From the human T2T-CHM13v2.0 reference genome, Homo sapiens, in NCBI RefSeq assembly GCF_009914755.1, contig NC_060937.1: a stretch of 64,000 nucleotides of DNA; one strand, 5' to 3'. A program made the translations under genes and the position numbers. Shown here one piece after another: positions 52,462 to 64,000 of the stretch. The notes under the pieces were generated by a model. It saw only the letters and a list, made by a program, of their open reading frames with translations. It was not told the origin of the DNA and did no database searches. Each line of letters opens with the position of its first letter. Position 1 is the stretch's first letter.

Positions 52462-52908
52462 TGTTGTAAGTTGAATTGTGTTTCCTCAAAAAAGATATGT
52501 TGAAGTTCTCATCCCAGGTACCTGTGAATGTTTCCTAGATGTAATCAAGTTAGGAATAAGTCATACTAAATAAGGGTGCAAACTAAATCCAATAACTTAT
52601 GTCATAAAACGAAAGGAAAGAAAAACTCAGATACAGAGGCAAAAAGATACCCAGACACCCAGGAAGGAAGGCCATGTGAAGACATAGATAGGAATTGAAA
52701 GTATGCCACCACAAACCCCAATTAGTACCAGCGACCTTCTAAAGATAGGATAAAGAAAGAAAGAAATATTTTTTAAAACTTCAGAGAGAACATGGTCTTG
52801 GAAATACCTAGACTTCTAGTCTTAAGAACCAGAAGATAATAAACTTTTCTTGTTTTAAGCCACCCAGTTCATGGTATGTTGTTGTGGCAACTCTAGGAAA
52901 CTAATACA
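52462..52908 (+). mobile_element. MLT1-family MaLR solo LTR
   Basis: TG...TTGAATTGTGTTTCCTCAAAAAAGATATGTTGAAG start; GTTTTAAGCCACCCAGTT...AGGAAACTAATACA end. Confidence 0.85.
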
Positions 52909-52999
52909 AAGAGTAAGAGGTATTTCAATTGTGTTTAAAAGCAAATAATAAATATTGGCTTCACAGCAAACAAAACTAACAGATTTTTAGGGTCTGTTT

Positions 53000-55900
53000 A
53001 TTTTTATTTTTTATTTTTATTAGTACATAGCAGTTGTGTATATTTATCCCATAAATAATCCCATAACTTTATGTCCATAAGTTCCATTGTTTTGATTTTT
53101 AGCTCTAACACATGAGTGAGAACCTGCAAAGTTTGTCTTGCTGTGCCTGGCTTATTTCATTTAATATAATGACCTGCAGTTTCATCAATATTGCTGCAAA
53201 TAACAGGATATCTTTCTTTTTTATGGCCAAATAGTGCTCCATTGGGTTTACATCCAAAATTTTCTTTATTCATTCATCTGTTGATGGACACTTAGGTTTC
53301 TTCCCAGTCTTTGTAATTGTGAACAGAGCTGCAACAAATATGAAAGTTCAGATACCTCTTTGATATACTGATTTTCTTTTTGGGGAATATATACCTAACA
53401 TTGGTATTGCCGGATCATACCACAGTTCTATATTTACATTTTTTAGGAACCCTCCTACTGTGTTCCACAGGGGTGGTACTAATTTACATTCCCACCAACA
53501 GTGTACAAGGATTTCCTTTTCTCCACATCCTCACCAGCATTTTTTATTCCCTGTCTTTTGATATATACCATTTTAACTGGGGTGAGATAAAATCTCCATA
53601 TAGTTTTGATTTGCATTTTCTGATGATCAGTGATGCTGGGCACCTTTTCATATACCGGATGCCATTTGTCTACATTCTTTTGAGAAACGTCTATTCAGAT
53701 TTTTTGCCAGTTTTTAATTAGATTATTAGATTTTTTCCTATTGAGTTTTTTGAGCTCCTTATAAAATATATTCTGGTTCATATTCCCTTGTCAGATGAAT
53801 AGTTTGCCAATATTTTCTCCCATCCCATTCTATTGGTTGTCTCTCCACTTTACTGATTTTTTCATTTGCTGTGAAGATGCTTTTTAACTTAATATGATCC
53901 TATTTGTCCATTTTTGCTTTGCTTGCCTGTGCTGCTGAGATATTACTTAAGAAATCTTTGCCCAGGCCAATATCTTGGAGAGTTTCCAACTATTTTCTTG
54001 TGGTAATTTCATATTAGAGGTCTTGGGTATCAGTCTTTAATCTCTTTTAATTTAACTTTTTCATATGGCAAGAGACAAGGGTCTAATTTCATTCTTCTGC
54101 ATATAGGTATCCAGTTTTCCCAGCACCATTTATTGAAGAAACTGTAGCTTCCTAAATGTATATTCTTGGCACTTTTGTAAAAAATGAGTTTGCTGTAGGT
54201 GTGTGGCTTTGCTTCTGGGTTCTGTATTCTGTCCCATTGGTCTATGTTTGTTTTTATGCCAGTATCATGCTGTTTTGGTTATGATATCTCTATATTATAA
54301 TTTGAAGTTAGACAATGTGATTCCTCTAGTTTTGTAATTTTTGTTTAGTATAGCTTTGGCTATTCTGGGTGTTTTGTGGTTACATACAAATTTTAGGATT
54401 CTGTTTTCTGTTTCTGTAAACAATGTTATTGGCATTTTCATAGGGATTACTTTCAATCTATAGATTTTTGTGGGTAGTATAGACATCTTAACAATACTGA
54501 TTTTTCCAATCCATGAACGTGGAATACCTTTAATTTTTTGTGTCCTCTTCAATTTTTTGCATAAATATTTTATGGTTTTCATTATACAGATCTTTCAGTT
54601 TTTGGTTAATTCCTAGGTATTTTATTTCATTTGTATTTATTACCTTCTTGATTTCTTTTTCAGATGGTTCACTGATGGCATATAGAAATGCTACATATTT
54701 GTGTATTTTGATTTCATACCATGCAACTTTATTGAATTTGTTTATCAGTTTTAATCATTTTCTTGCAGATTCTTTAGGTTTTTCCAAATATAAGGTTATA
54801 TCATCTTCAAACAAAGATAATTTGAAATTTCCCTTTCCAATTTGGATGCCCTTTATTTCTTTCTCTTGTCCAGTTGCTCTAGTGAGAACATCCAGTATTA
54901 TATGGAATAATAATGGTGGAAGTGGGCATTATTATCTTTTTCCAAATCTTAGAGGAAAGGCTATCAGTTTTTCCCCATTTAATATGATACCAGCTATGAA
55001 TCAGTTGTATATGGCTTTTATTGTGTTGAGTAATGTTCCCTCTATACCAAGTTTTTGGGGAGTTTTAATTATTTAAAAATGTTTAATTTTATCAAATGCT
55101 TTTGAAGCATCAGTTGAAATGATCATATGCTTTTTGTCCTCAATTCTGTTGATACGATGTATCACATTGAATGATTTGTGTATGTTGAACCATCCTTGCA
55201 TCCATGGGAAAACCCCGTCTGGTCATGATAAATAATATTCTTAATATGTTGTTCAATTTGGTTTGCTAGTACTATGTTGAGCATTTTGGATCAATGTTCA
55301 TCAGGAATATTGGCCTACAGTTTATTCTCTTTTCTTGATGTCCCTTTCTGTGGTTTTGGTATCAGGGTAATACTAGCCTCATAGAATAAGTATGGAAGTA
55401 TTTCCTTCTCCTCTATATTTGGAATACTTTGAGTAAGATTTTCATTAGTTCTTCTTTAAATATTTGGCAAAATTTAGCAGTAAAGCCATTGAGTCCCAGG
55501 CTCTCCTTTGCTGGGAGAATTTTTATTACAGCTTTGATCTCATTGCTTATTACTGGTCAATTCAGATTCTGGATTTCTTCATGCATCAATGTTGCTAGGT
55601 TGTATGTGTCTGGAAGTTTATTCATATCATCTAGGTTTTTAAATTTATTGGCATTTAGTTGCCTATAGTTACCTCTAATTATCCTTTGAAATTCTGTGGT
55701 ATCAGTTATAATGTCTCCTTTTCCAGCTCTAATTTTATTTGAGTCTGCTTTTTTTTTTTCTTAATTAGCCTGGCTAAATGTTTATGGGTTTTGCCTATCT
55801 TTTCAAAAAACAAAGTTTTCTTTTTAATTTTTTTCTTTTTTTTTTGTTTTGTGTTTCGATTTCATTTATTTCTGCTCTGAATTTTATTATTTATTTTCTT

Positions 55901-58900
55901 CTACTAATTTTACATTTGATTTGTTTCTACTTGTCTAGTCTTTAAGATACATCATTGGGTTGTTTATTTGAAGTTTTTTCTACTTTTTTGATGTATGTGC
56001 TCATTGCTGTAAACTTTCCTCTTACTACTGCTTTTGGTGTATCCTATAGGTTTTGGTATGTTATGTTTCCACTTTCATTTGTTTCAAGATATTTTTAATT
56101 TCCTTCTTAATCTCCTTACTGATCTACTAGTCATTCAGGAACATACAGTTTAATTTCCAAGTATTAGTATAGTTTCCAAAATTCCTGTTGTTATTGATTT
56201 CAAGATTTTTCCATTTTGGTCATAGAAGATGTCTGATATTTGTTTCAATTTTTTAGAAGTTTAAAGACTTATTTTGTGGTATAAAAAAGGATATGATTTA
56301 TTCTTAGCAATAATCCATGTGCTGAGGAGAAGAATGTGTATTCTGCAGCCACTTGATGAAATGATCTGTAAATATCTATTAGGTTTATATGTTCTATAGT
56401 GCAGATTAAGTCTAATATTTCTTTTTTGATTTTCTGTCTAGATGAGTTGTCTGATGCAAATTAGGGAGTTGGAAGTCTCCAGCTATTTTTGTATTGGGGT
56501 CTATATCTCTCTTTAGCTCTAATACTATTTGTTTTATATATCTGGGTGCCCCAGTGTTGGGTGCATGTATATTTATAATTGTTCTATCCGCTTGCTGAAT
56601 TAACCCTTTAATCATTATAGACCTGCTTTGTCTCTTTTAATAGTTTTTAACTTGAAGCATATTTCATCTGATACAATTATAGGTACTATTGCTTTTTTGG
56701 TTTATATTTGCAGGGAGTATCTTTTTTCATCCATTTATTTTCAGTCTCTGTGTCTTTCTAGGTGATGTATACTTCTAATAGGCAACAAATTGCTGAACCT
56801 TTTTGCTTTATCCATTCAGCCACTCTATGGTTTTTGATTGGAGAATTTAGTCAGTTTACATTTGATGTAATTATTAATGGGTAAAGACTTCCACCATTTT
56901 GTTATTTGTTTTCTGGTTGTTTTGCGTTTTTTTCCTTTCTTCTTTTCTTCCTCCCTTTTTGTCAAAGTGATTTTCTGTCGGTGGTATGTTTTAATTTCTT
57001 GTTCTTTGTTTTCTGCATATCTTTTGTAGGTTTTTTAAATTTCAGTTACGATGAGGCTTACAAGTAGCATCCTATATCCATTATTTTAAACTAATGACAA
57101 TTTAACATTGGTTGCAAAAACCAACAAGCAAACAAGCAAGCAAAGAGCAAACAAACTCTATACTTAAACTGCATCTCCCCACTTTTTAACTTTTTGTTGT
57201 TTGTTTTAAATGTTATTATATTGTCTTTGTCTTGAAAAGTTCTTCGTCTTTGAAGAACTTATTTTAGCTTTCCTTGTTGGATACGTCTGGTGTCGATGAA
57301 ATCCTCAGTTATTGTTTGTCTGGGAAAGCCTTTGTTTCACCTTCATAGTTGAAGGATATTTTCACTGGATATACTACTCTTTGAAAAAGGTTTTTCCTTC
57401 AGCACTTTAAATATGTCATGCCATTCTTTCCTAGCCTGAAAGATTTCCACTGAGCAATCTGCTGCTATCTGTATTAGAGCTCCTTTGTATGTCATTTGTT
57501 TCTTTTCTCTTGCTTATTTGAGGAATCTTTCTTTACCCTTAATCTTTGTGACTTTGATTATTAAATGCCTTAAGGTAGGCTTATTTGGGTTAAATTTGCC
57601 TCATGTTCTATAAACTTCTTATATTTAAAAATTCCTATCTTTCTATAGGTTTGGACAGTTCTCTGTATTTATCTCTTTGAATAGACTTTGTAACTTGATC
57701 TCTCTACCTCTTCTTTAAGGCTAACTCTTAGATTTCCTCTTTTGAAGCTATTTTCAGTCCTTTAAGGTGTGCTTCACTCTTTTCATTATTTTTCTATTGT
57801 CTCTTCTTCCTGTGTATTTTCAAATAGCCTGTCTTCAAGCTCACCAAGTCTCTCTTCTACTTGATGAATTCTTTTGTTGAGAGACTCTGATGCCTTCTTC
57901 AGTATGTCAGCTGAATTTTATAGTTACAGAAGTTCTGCTTGATATTTTAAAAAGCATTTCAATCTCTGTTAAATTTGTTTGATGGGATTCTGAATTCTTT
58001 ATTTGTGTTATTGAAACGCCCTCATTTTCTGGAGTGACACCTGAGAATGTGTTGGGTCACACCTGCAGCCAGTACAGCACTGGGTCTCACCCAAAGCCTG
58101 CAAAGAGTACTACCTGGTTACTGTTGATGTTTATTCAAGGCCCAAGGGCTGTTTAGTTAGCAGGTGATGAATCTTGCCAAAATGAAGTCCTTCCCTTCAA
58201 GGTAGCAGGTTCCCTTCTGGCCCAGAATGTGTCTGGAAATATTGCCTGGGAGCTAGGATCTGGAATGGGGACTCTCCTTAGTACCCTATTCTTCTGCAGC
58301 TGAGTTGGTATCCAAGTTGCAAGACAAAAGTCAACTTTACCTGTTTCCTCTCCTCAAGCAGAAGAAAGGAGTCCCTCCTGGAGCTGCTAGCTGTTCTGCC
58401 TGGGGTTGGGTGGGGATTACACATGCACTCTTTTGGCCAACCCAGATGGTATTTCACTAGGCAACATGAACCCCAAATCCACTCACTCTGAGCCCAGCAA
58501 AGCACCAGGACTTGCTCAGAAAGTGTAATCCTCATGGCCTAGACTGCCCTTCAAGTTAATTTAGGGCACCAGAGTGTTTTAGCCTGTGTGTTGGTTGTGT
58601 GGCCAGAGCTCAGGTTCTGACCCTGGGAAAGATGATTCCCCTCTGGCTACAGTTTATCTACATGCTCCCTCTGTAGCCATTAGCTGACTTCTGTTTTGTA
58701 TTGTTTCCACTGTGACAGGGAAGCACTGAGTTCCAACCCAAAGTAACCCAGTGGCTTCACTTTCTCCCTCCCCCAAGCACAGATTCTCATTCCATGCCAT
58801 GTGACTACTGATGGAGGATGGCAGAAGGGTGGTGTCAGAGATTCAAGACTCTTTTCTACCTGTTTTAGTGTTTCTTTCCTTGTTACAATGTTAAAACCAA

Positions 58901-59010
58901 ACACTGTGATTGCTCACCTGATTTTTCGTGATTTTTGTTTCTTATTAAGCTGCTTTCTTGTGTAGCTACTTGTTCAATTTGGTTTTCCAGCAAGGGGAAC
59001 AATTGGCTGT
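53000..59010 (-). mobile_element. Long (~6 kb) degenerate L1 (L1MA/L1PB-like): 3' UTR, ORF2 remnants, 5' region
   Basis: ORF2 endonuclease fragment MIKGLIQQADRTIINIHAPNTGAPRYIKQ (56412-56615) and IPRSWIGKISIVKMSILP (54295-54582); many stops and frameshifts. Confidence 0.9.
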
Positions 59011-60876
59011 CTTGCTCCTCCTCCCTCCTCTTTAGACTGTTCTTTATTGATGTTCATGGTCTTTCAGCATAGTCTTATAATTTGCCATTTCCAACCTTTC
59101 ATGTATTATAACTACACTGCCTTCACCTTACCTGAACACATACACACCTTTCTTTGTGTTTATAATTTTGCTGGAAATTACAATTATCTCATTTCTATCT
59201 GATTAAATAATAACTATTATGTACAGCCCATTTCAAAGGCAAAATCCTCCCTCCTGTACTCACTCCAATCAGATGTACTATGGATGTGCTACCTTGTTTC
59301 ACCTTTTAAAAACAACAAGCAAATAATTATACTCTGCTTTATAATGTGGTGGAATGTATACAAATACTTTCTTCCATAATTTTTGAGAGCAGTAACTGTG
59401 TCTCACCAATCTTCATATTCTCCACTGCACTGACCATAGCATTTTGAATATAATTTGGAATCAATTAAATACATGAACAAACAAGTAAAATTTTATGGTG
59501 CAGGGAAAGTATTATTATTATTTTTTAAAAGGGCTCTGAGATATAATCTACTTTTCTGGGATAGTACCAAATAAAAATGAAATCAAGAATTTAAAGCATT
59601 CTGAAAATACTGAGAAAGACCATTAAAAAAAAGAAGGCTAAGAGTTTGTTTAAAAATATGAGAAATAAAAAAAAGATCCATATAACTGACTATAGCAAAA
59701 GCATGTGTTTTCTGAAGTAAGTAAGGCAGAAAGTAAAATAGACATCCTTTTAATACCTCTCATATCTATGCAGAGATGGCCAAGGTCTGGTAGTGATTTT
59801 CATGATGATGGGTCTGGGAAGCTTATTATTTTGTAACCAGTTTTATTACCTGCCCCCAGCAAAAGGCATTTGTTTACCTTCTTTCCTCTTTTATTCACTT
59901 TAGACGTGAAGAGAAGTATCACTGCTTCAGTATTAGGCTATTTCAATAAGCAAGGCAATTTTATTACAGATATCAGATGCAACACATATTTGGTAAATCT
60001 TAATAACCATATTCTTACACCTACACAATAAATTACTGGTAAAAACTGCTTTCGCTGTGACATTTTCACTATTTGCATTAACATGAACTCTTACATAGGC
60101 ATATATTCCAATTTTGAAAAGAAAAGCTTTCACAAACATTATGACATTTGATTGAATTGAGTAACTTAAAAAACATGCCTTATTAAAATATCTTATAAAG
60201 TTGGATTTATCTTCAAAAGCAATATAAAACAAGTCTATAATTACATCTAGCACTTTTTCCTCAAGATGACATAAATTATTTCTTATAACAATGTTTCAGA
60301 ACTTTTCATTGCCCCTCTCTTTCTGTCTCTGTCCTATACAATCAATGACTTAAATCTTCAAACTTCAACTTAGACTTTAATTATCTGATTCTCATGGTTC
60401 CTCAGTACACTATTCAAATTCTTTGAACAGATGAAGAAAGTATTTCATAGTCAAACTTGAGTAGATTGTTATAAAACAATATTTAAAAGTCACTCAATAA
60501 TTCCTATTCTTAAAGTTATTTGTATTTTGGAAGAAGATGTCCTAAGTGCCTATAAAGCAAAAGTATAAATGGAAATAAAGTAAATAACAGAAATCACCCA
60601 AATTTTAAGCATTATGGAAACTAACTGGGTAGACATCCCCATGAGAGTTTCTCAATAGACCATGCTGCCTGGGGCATGTCATACTATGCTCCATTTAACT
60701 ATCTGATTTGACCTCTAGCTCAGATGTTTTAATTTTGTTGCTGGATGTTTTACCCTTTCTTTAAGTGCTTAAGTGAGTAAAAATAATTGAAAATCAGATA
60801 TAATATTATAAAATAATATTATACAGCTTTTACATAAACTGTCTTAATAACTTTATGTACAATAAGTCATTTAATC

Positions 60877-61100
60877 CAGTTGTTTTCAACTAGAAGTGAT
60901 GTTACCTCCCAGGGGACATTTGCAATGGAAACATTTTTTGTTTGTCAATATTGGAGTTGGCTACTGATAAAATGGGTAGAAACCAGGATTGCTACTAAGC
61001 ATCCTGCAATGCATAGAAAGGACTAACTCTTGCAAAAAAAAAAAAAAAAAAAAAATCCCTGCTCCAAAATGTTGCTAGTGTCAAAACTGAGAAACTATAT
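60877..61100. mobile_element. MER20-like DNA transposon fossil with an expanded internal A-tract
   Basis: CAGTTGTTTTCAAC...CCCAGGGGACATTTGCAATG...AGCATCCTGCAATGCA...CCAAAATGT...TGAGAAACT. Confidence 0.75.
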
Positions 61101-61296
61101 TCTTTTTGCAAAACCTGTGAGATAAGTAGCTATTACCACAAGTTTAGTGATTCTTTTTTTAATGAGGAAATTATAGTGTTAACAACTTTCCAAAGTTACA
61201 TGGAAAATAAATAATTGAGCTGAAACTTAAATCTAGGCAAATTTAAGCAATTTGGCAGAGTGTACGTGATCACAGGAGCTATCTTCTTGCACCAAT

Positions 61297-61863
61297 GTTG
61301 TAATAGGCAACTTCTGAAGTGGCTCCCAATAATCCCCACTTCCTTGCATTCATATGCATGTGTAATACCCTCCAACTGTGTATTAAACAGGGCTAGTAAT
61401 TTCTTTCTTGAGAATGGCTTGGAGCAACATTCTTAGAATGCTGGGATATCATTACCAGTATTAGGTTGTACAAAACTGTGATACAGCTTTGGCTGGTATA
61501 CACTTCCTTTGGATTTTCAAGCTTACCATTTTTTTGATAAAGCAAGTTACTATGTTGTAACCTGCCCTACAGAATGAATGCTTCATTTAGCAAGAATCTA
61601 TGTCCAACAACCCTGGAGAAAGTGAATCCAGCCACCAGCCATGTGAGAGAGCTTGGAAACTGATAGCTTCCAGGTCAAGTCTTCATATAAAACTGCAAAT
61701 ATGGCTGGTTTCTTGATTGTATCTCATTAAATATCCAAAGTAGAGAACACACTTAAGCCATCACCTGATATGTGGCTCACAGAAACTGTGAGATAGCAAA
61801 TGGTACTGTTTTAAACCACAAAAGTTTGAGATAATTTTTATGCAGCAATAGATTACAAAAACA
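61297..61863 (+). mobile_element. MLT1-family MaLR LTR (older subfamily)
   Basis: GGCTCCCAATAATCCCCAC...TGTGTAATACCCTCC start; CACAGAAACTGTGAGATA...GCAGCAATAGAT end. Confidence 0.75.
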
Positions 61864-62734
61864 GATAAATAATTTGGAATTCATTTTAAATGTGTCTTTG
61901 AAAAATATTCACAAGATGTTGACATCTTCTTTGGAGAAAGAAAATCATCTTGCTTCATCAGTATAAGCTGTATCTATCCACTCCTTTTACCCACTTTGGG
62001 CAAAATGATTGGTGTAAACGAATTAATGAAGGAAAATTGTTTAATAAGGGCTTTACTATTATATCACTGGTGATGTAAATGTCATGGCTACTACAACATT
62101 AATACACATAAAGTCATTTAAATGTAGTAGGTCAATCATAATGATTAATTATAGGGCAAATAAAAGTTTTATTGGTATTTTGTTACTGTCACAGTGCTGA
62201 TGTAAGTTAAATAATGGCTAATACATATTATAATTGATTCAATTTCAACAATATGTGATGTGGTTTTAAAGCTTAAAAAACACTAGTTAATTAAAAAAAA
62301 TTGGCAGAAGATGTTAAGTAACTTAGCCACAGACTTCAAAATTGCATTCTACAACAATGTTGTGATCAGCATGGTAAATATACATAATTCACTAGTTTGA
62401 TTTACTTCTGTCATCATGTAAAACTTTAGGTTTCTGTTATATTCATACTGTACAGAAATCAAACTATAAAGACAAGCTTTCCTAATACAACTTATAGATA
62501 TGATACAGAATTTAATACAAGCACCATTTAGAAATACTTCTCATGAATTAGTAAAATGAAGCAGAAACATTACTACGTTTTGAGCTCTCTTAACAGTGTC
62601 TAGTACATAACAAGGCCCAGTTTATATTTACTGTCACATTAAAACTAAAAGTTTATAAAAATATCAAAATGTTTTAATCACAATAGAAATATATAATGAT
62701 TTTTAAAACATCAACAATAAAAATACATTAAAAA

Positions 62735-62910
62735 GAAAAGTATAAACTCAGTGTTAGATAGCAGAGTACGGTGACTATACTTAACAAAAATATACTGTAT
62801 TTGGGTTGAGGACACCCTAAATACCCTAACTTGATTGCTACACATAATATACATGTAACAAAATTTCTCATGTGTCCCAAAAACTTTACATATAAACAAG
62901 AAAAAGTATA
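62735..62910 (+). mobile_element. L1 (L1MA-like) 3' terminal fragment
   Basis: GGACACCCTAAATACCCTAACTTGATT...CATGTAACAAAATTTCTCATGTGTCCC followed by an A-rich tail. Confidence 0.65.
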
Positions 62911-63229
62911 ATTCAATAATACAAAAATAACCTCATTCCTTCCAGCTATGTCTTTGTGCATATCTGTGAATTTTTTGTGAAATAATTAAACAAATATGTA
63001 TTAAATGCCTACTATGTTTCAAACATAAGATTAAATACTGAGGACATACTATTGAAAAAAATGAATAAAGTCATAATTCCTATGCTAGTGGACCCATATA
63101 GAAGAGTAAGGAGGAGAGAAAAATCAATAAATGTTTAGTAACATATTGCAATAAGTGTTTTAAATACATATATGAAAATTCTATGAGACAGGGAGACTAT
63201 TTATTTTAGGGAAGAGGCTATAAAGAAAG

Positions 63230-63678
63230 CCCCTCCCATCACTATATATTCTACATGTAACAGATGAAATTACAAACCTCTCCCTTACTGTCAAGTGTAT
63301 GCCACCAATGATACTGAAGCTATGAATATACAGATTATGAAGTCTAAATTTTGACTATATGTAATTCCTACAACAGATGTAGAGCCAGCACAGCTATGAT
63401 TACTCAAAGTAGGCAATTGAATAGTCCTCCCTATAGAAATATCAATTCACATACTAATTTCATCAAATGTTTTACATTCATGAGCTATATCATAATTAGG
63501 CCTGAAAAGAGACCCAATTCCAGGATGTTTAAACAAAACAAACTTAACATCTACACAACCAAGACTTTACGACGGCCAATGCACAGAAATCTGCGGGTCT
63601 AACCATAGCTTTATACCCATTATTCTTGAAATAGTATGCCTAAAACACTTCAAAAACTTGTCAGCATTCATATTATAA
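63230..63678 (+). pseudogene. NUMT: mitochondrial COX2 pseudogene (3' two-thirds)
   Basis: In the mitochondrial code it reads ...HQWYWSYEYTDYE... and ...[19 protein letters not shown]... (CuA motif), stop TAA 63676-63678, with frameshifts. Confidence 0.92.
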
Positions 63679-63681
63679 TAT

Positions 63682-63749
63682 CGATGTGAAGCTAACTAGC
63701 ATTAACCTTTTAATTTAAAGACTGAGAGCCAAAAACCTCTCCCCAGTGA
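63682..63749 (+). pseudogene. NUMT: mitochondrial tRNA-Lys pseudogene
   Basis: AAGCTAACTAGCATTAACCTTTTAA...ACCTCT...CAGTGA lies between COX2 and ATP8, as in mtDNA. Confidence 0.9.
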
Positions 63750-63750
63750 G

Positions 63751-63990
63751 ATGCGTTAACTGGAAACCTCTACTCATCTACATATTTCTATTTTATCTAT
63801 AATTATATCACTGCTGATCCTACTTGCCGTAAAAGAAAAACCCAAATTTACTCACCAGGCAAATCCAATACTAAAAAACTTTGAATCACAGAAACAGGAG
63901 ACCCCTGGAGAATTAAAATGAATGAAGATCTATTCATCTCTTTCTTTATCCCAACAATAATAGGACTACCCGTAGTTATTCTACTTACCT
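63751..63990 (+). pseudogene. NUMT: ATP8 pseudogene overlapping the start of ATP6 (ATG 63918)
   Basis: ATG right after tRNA-Lys; CCCTGGAGAATTAAAATGAATGAAGATCTATTC matches the ATP8/ATP6 overlap; CCAACAATAATAGGACTACCC encodes ATP6 PTMMGLP. Confidence 0.85.
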
Positions 63991-64000
63991 TAGAATACAT

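Noticed and set aside
53380-55668. Hydrophobic plus-strand ORFs (113, 178, 79 aa)
   Set aside because: Antisense translations of L1 ORF2.
63682-63749. Functional tRNA-Lys
   Set aside because: Mitochondrial-type tRNA inside a frameshifted NUMT, with disrupted stems.

Overview
Human/primate genomic DNA that I recognise as the PRR20 gene cluster (chr13q21). Bases 1-32314 are a head-to-tail array of ~6.57-kb units, >99% identical by eye. It carries five intact spliced PRR20 genes (221-aa Pro/Gly/Arg-rich protein; PRR20A-E by order). A promoterless, chimeric sixth copy follows (PRR20FP-like, 32315-35490); its 3' part is a much more diverged paralog of the array unit. The rest is gene-free: Alus, a minus-strand MER52-type ERV1 (3' LTR plus an RT-deleted gag-pro-RNaseH-IN interior), a ~6-kb old antisense L1, L2, MLT1, MER58A, MER20, and an ancient NUMT (COX2 3' part, tRNA-Lys, ATP8, ATP6 start) at the window end. 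Most notable observations: (1) each complete promoter has a perfect DUX4-consensus site ~160 bp upstream of the TATA box, and the protein has a near-perfect SIAH degron. Together these suggest a copy-amplified, pulse-expressed, rapidly degraded early-embryo/germline module (inference). (2) An inverted Alu-Alu junction marks the likely array breakpoint. (3) A fold-back inversion inside an Alu gave rise to a length-variable poly-C tract. (4) The array is GC/CpG-enriched relative to the orphan copy. All repeat-family calls are by eye, not from a database search.
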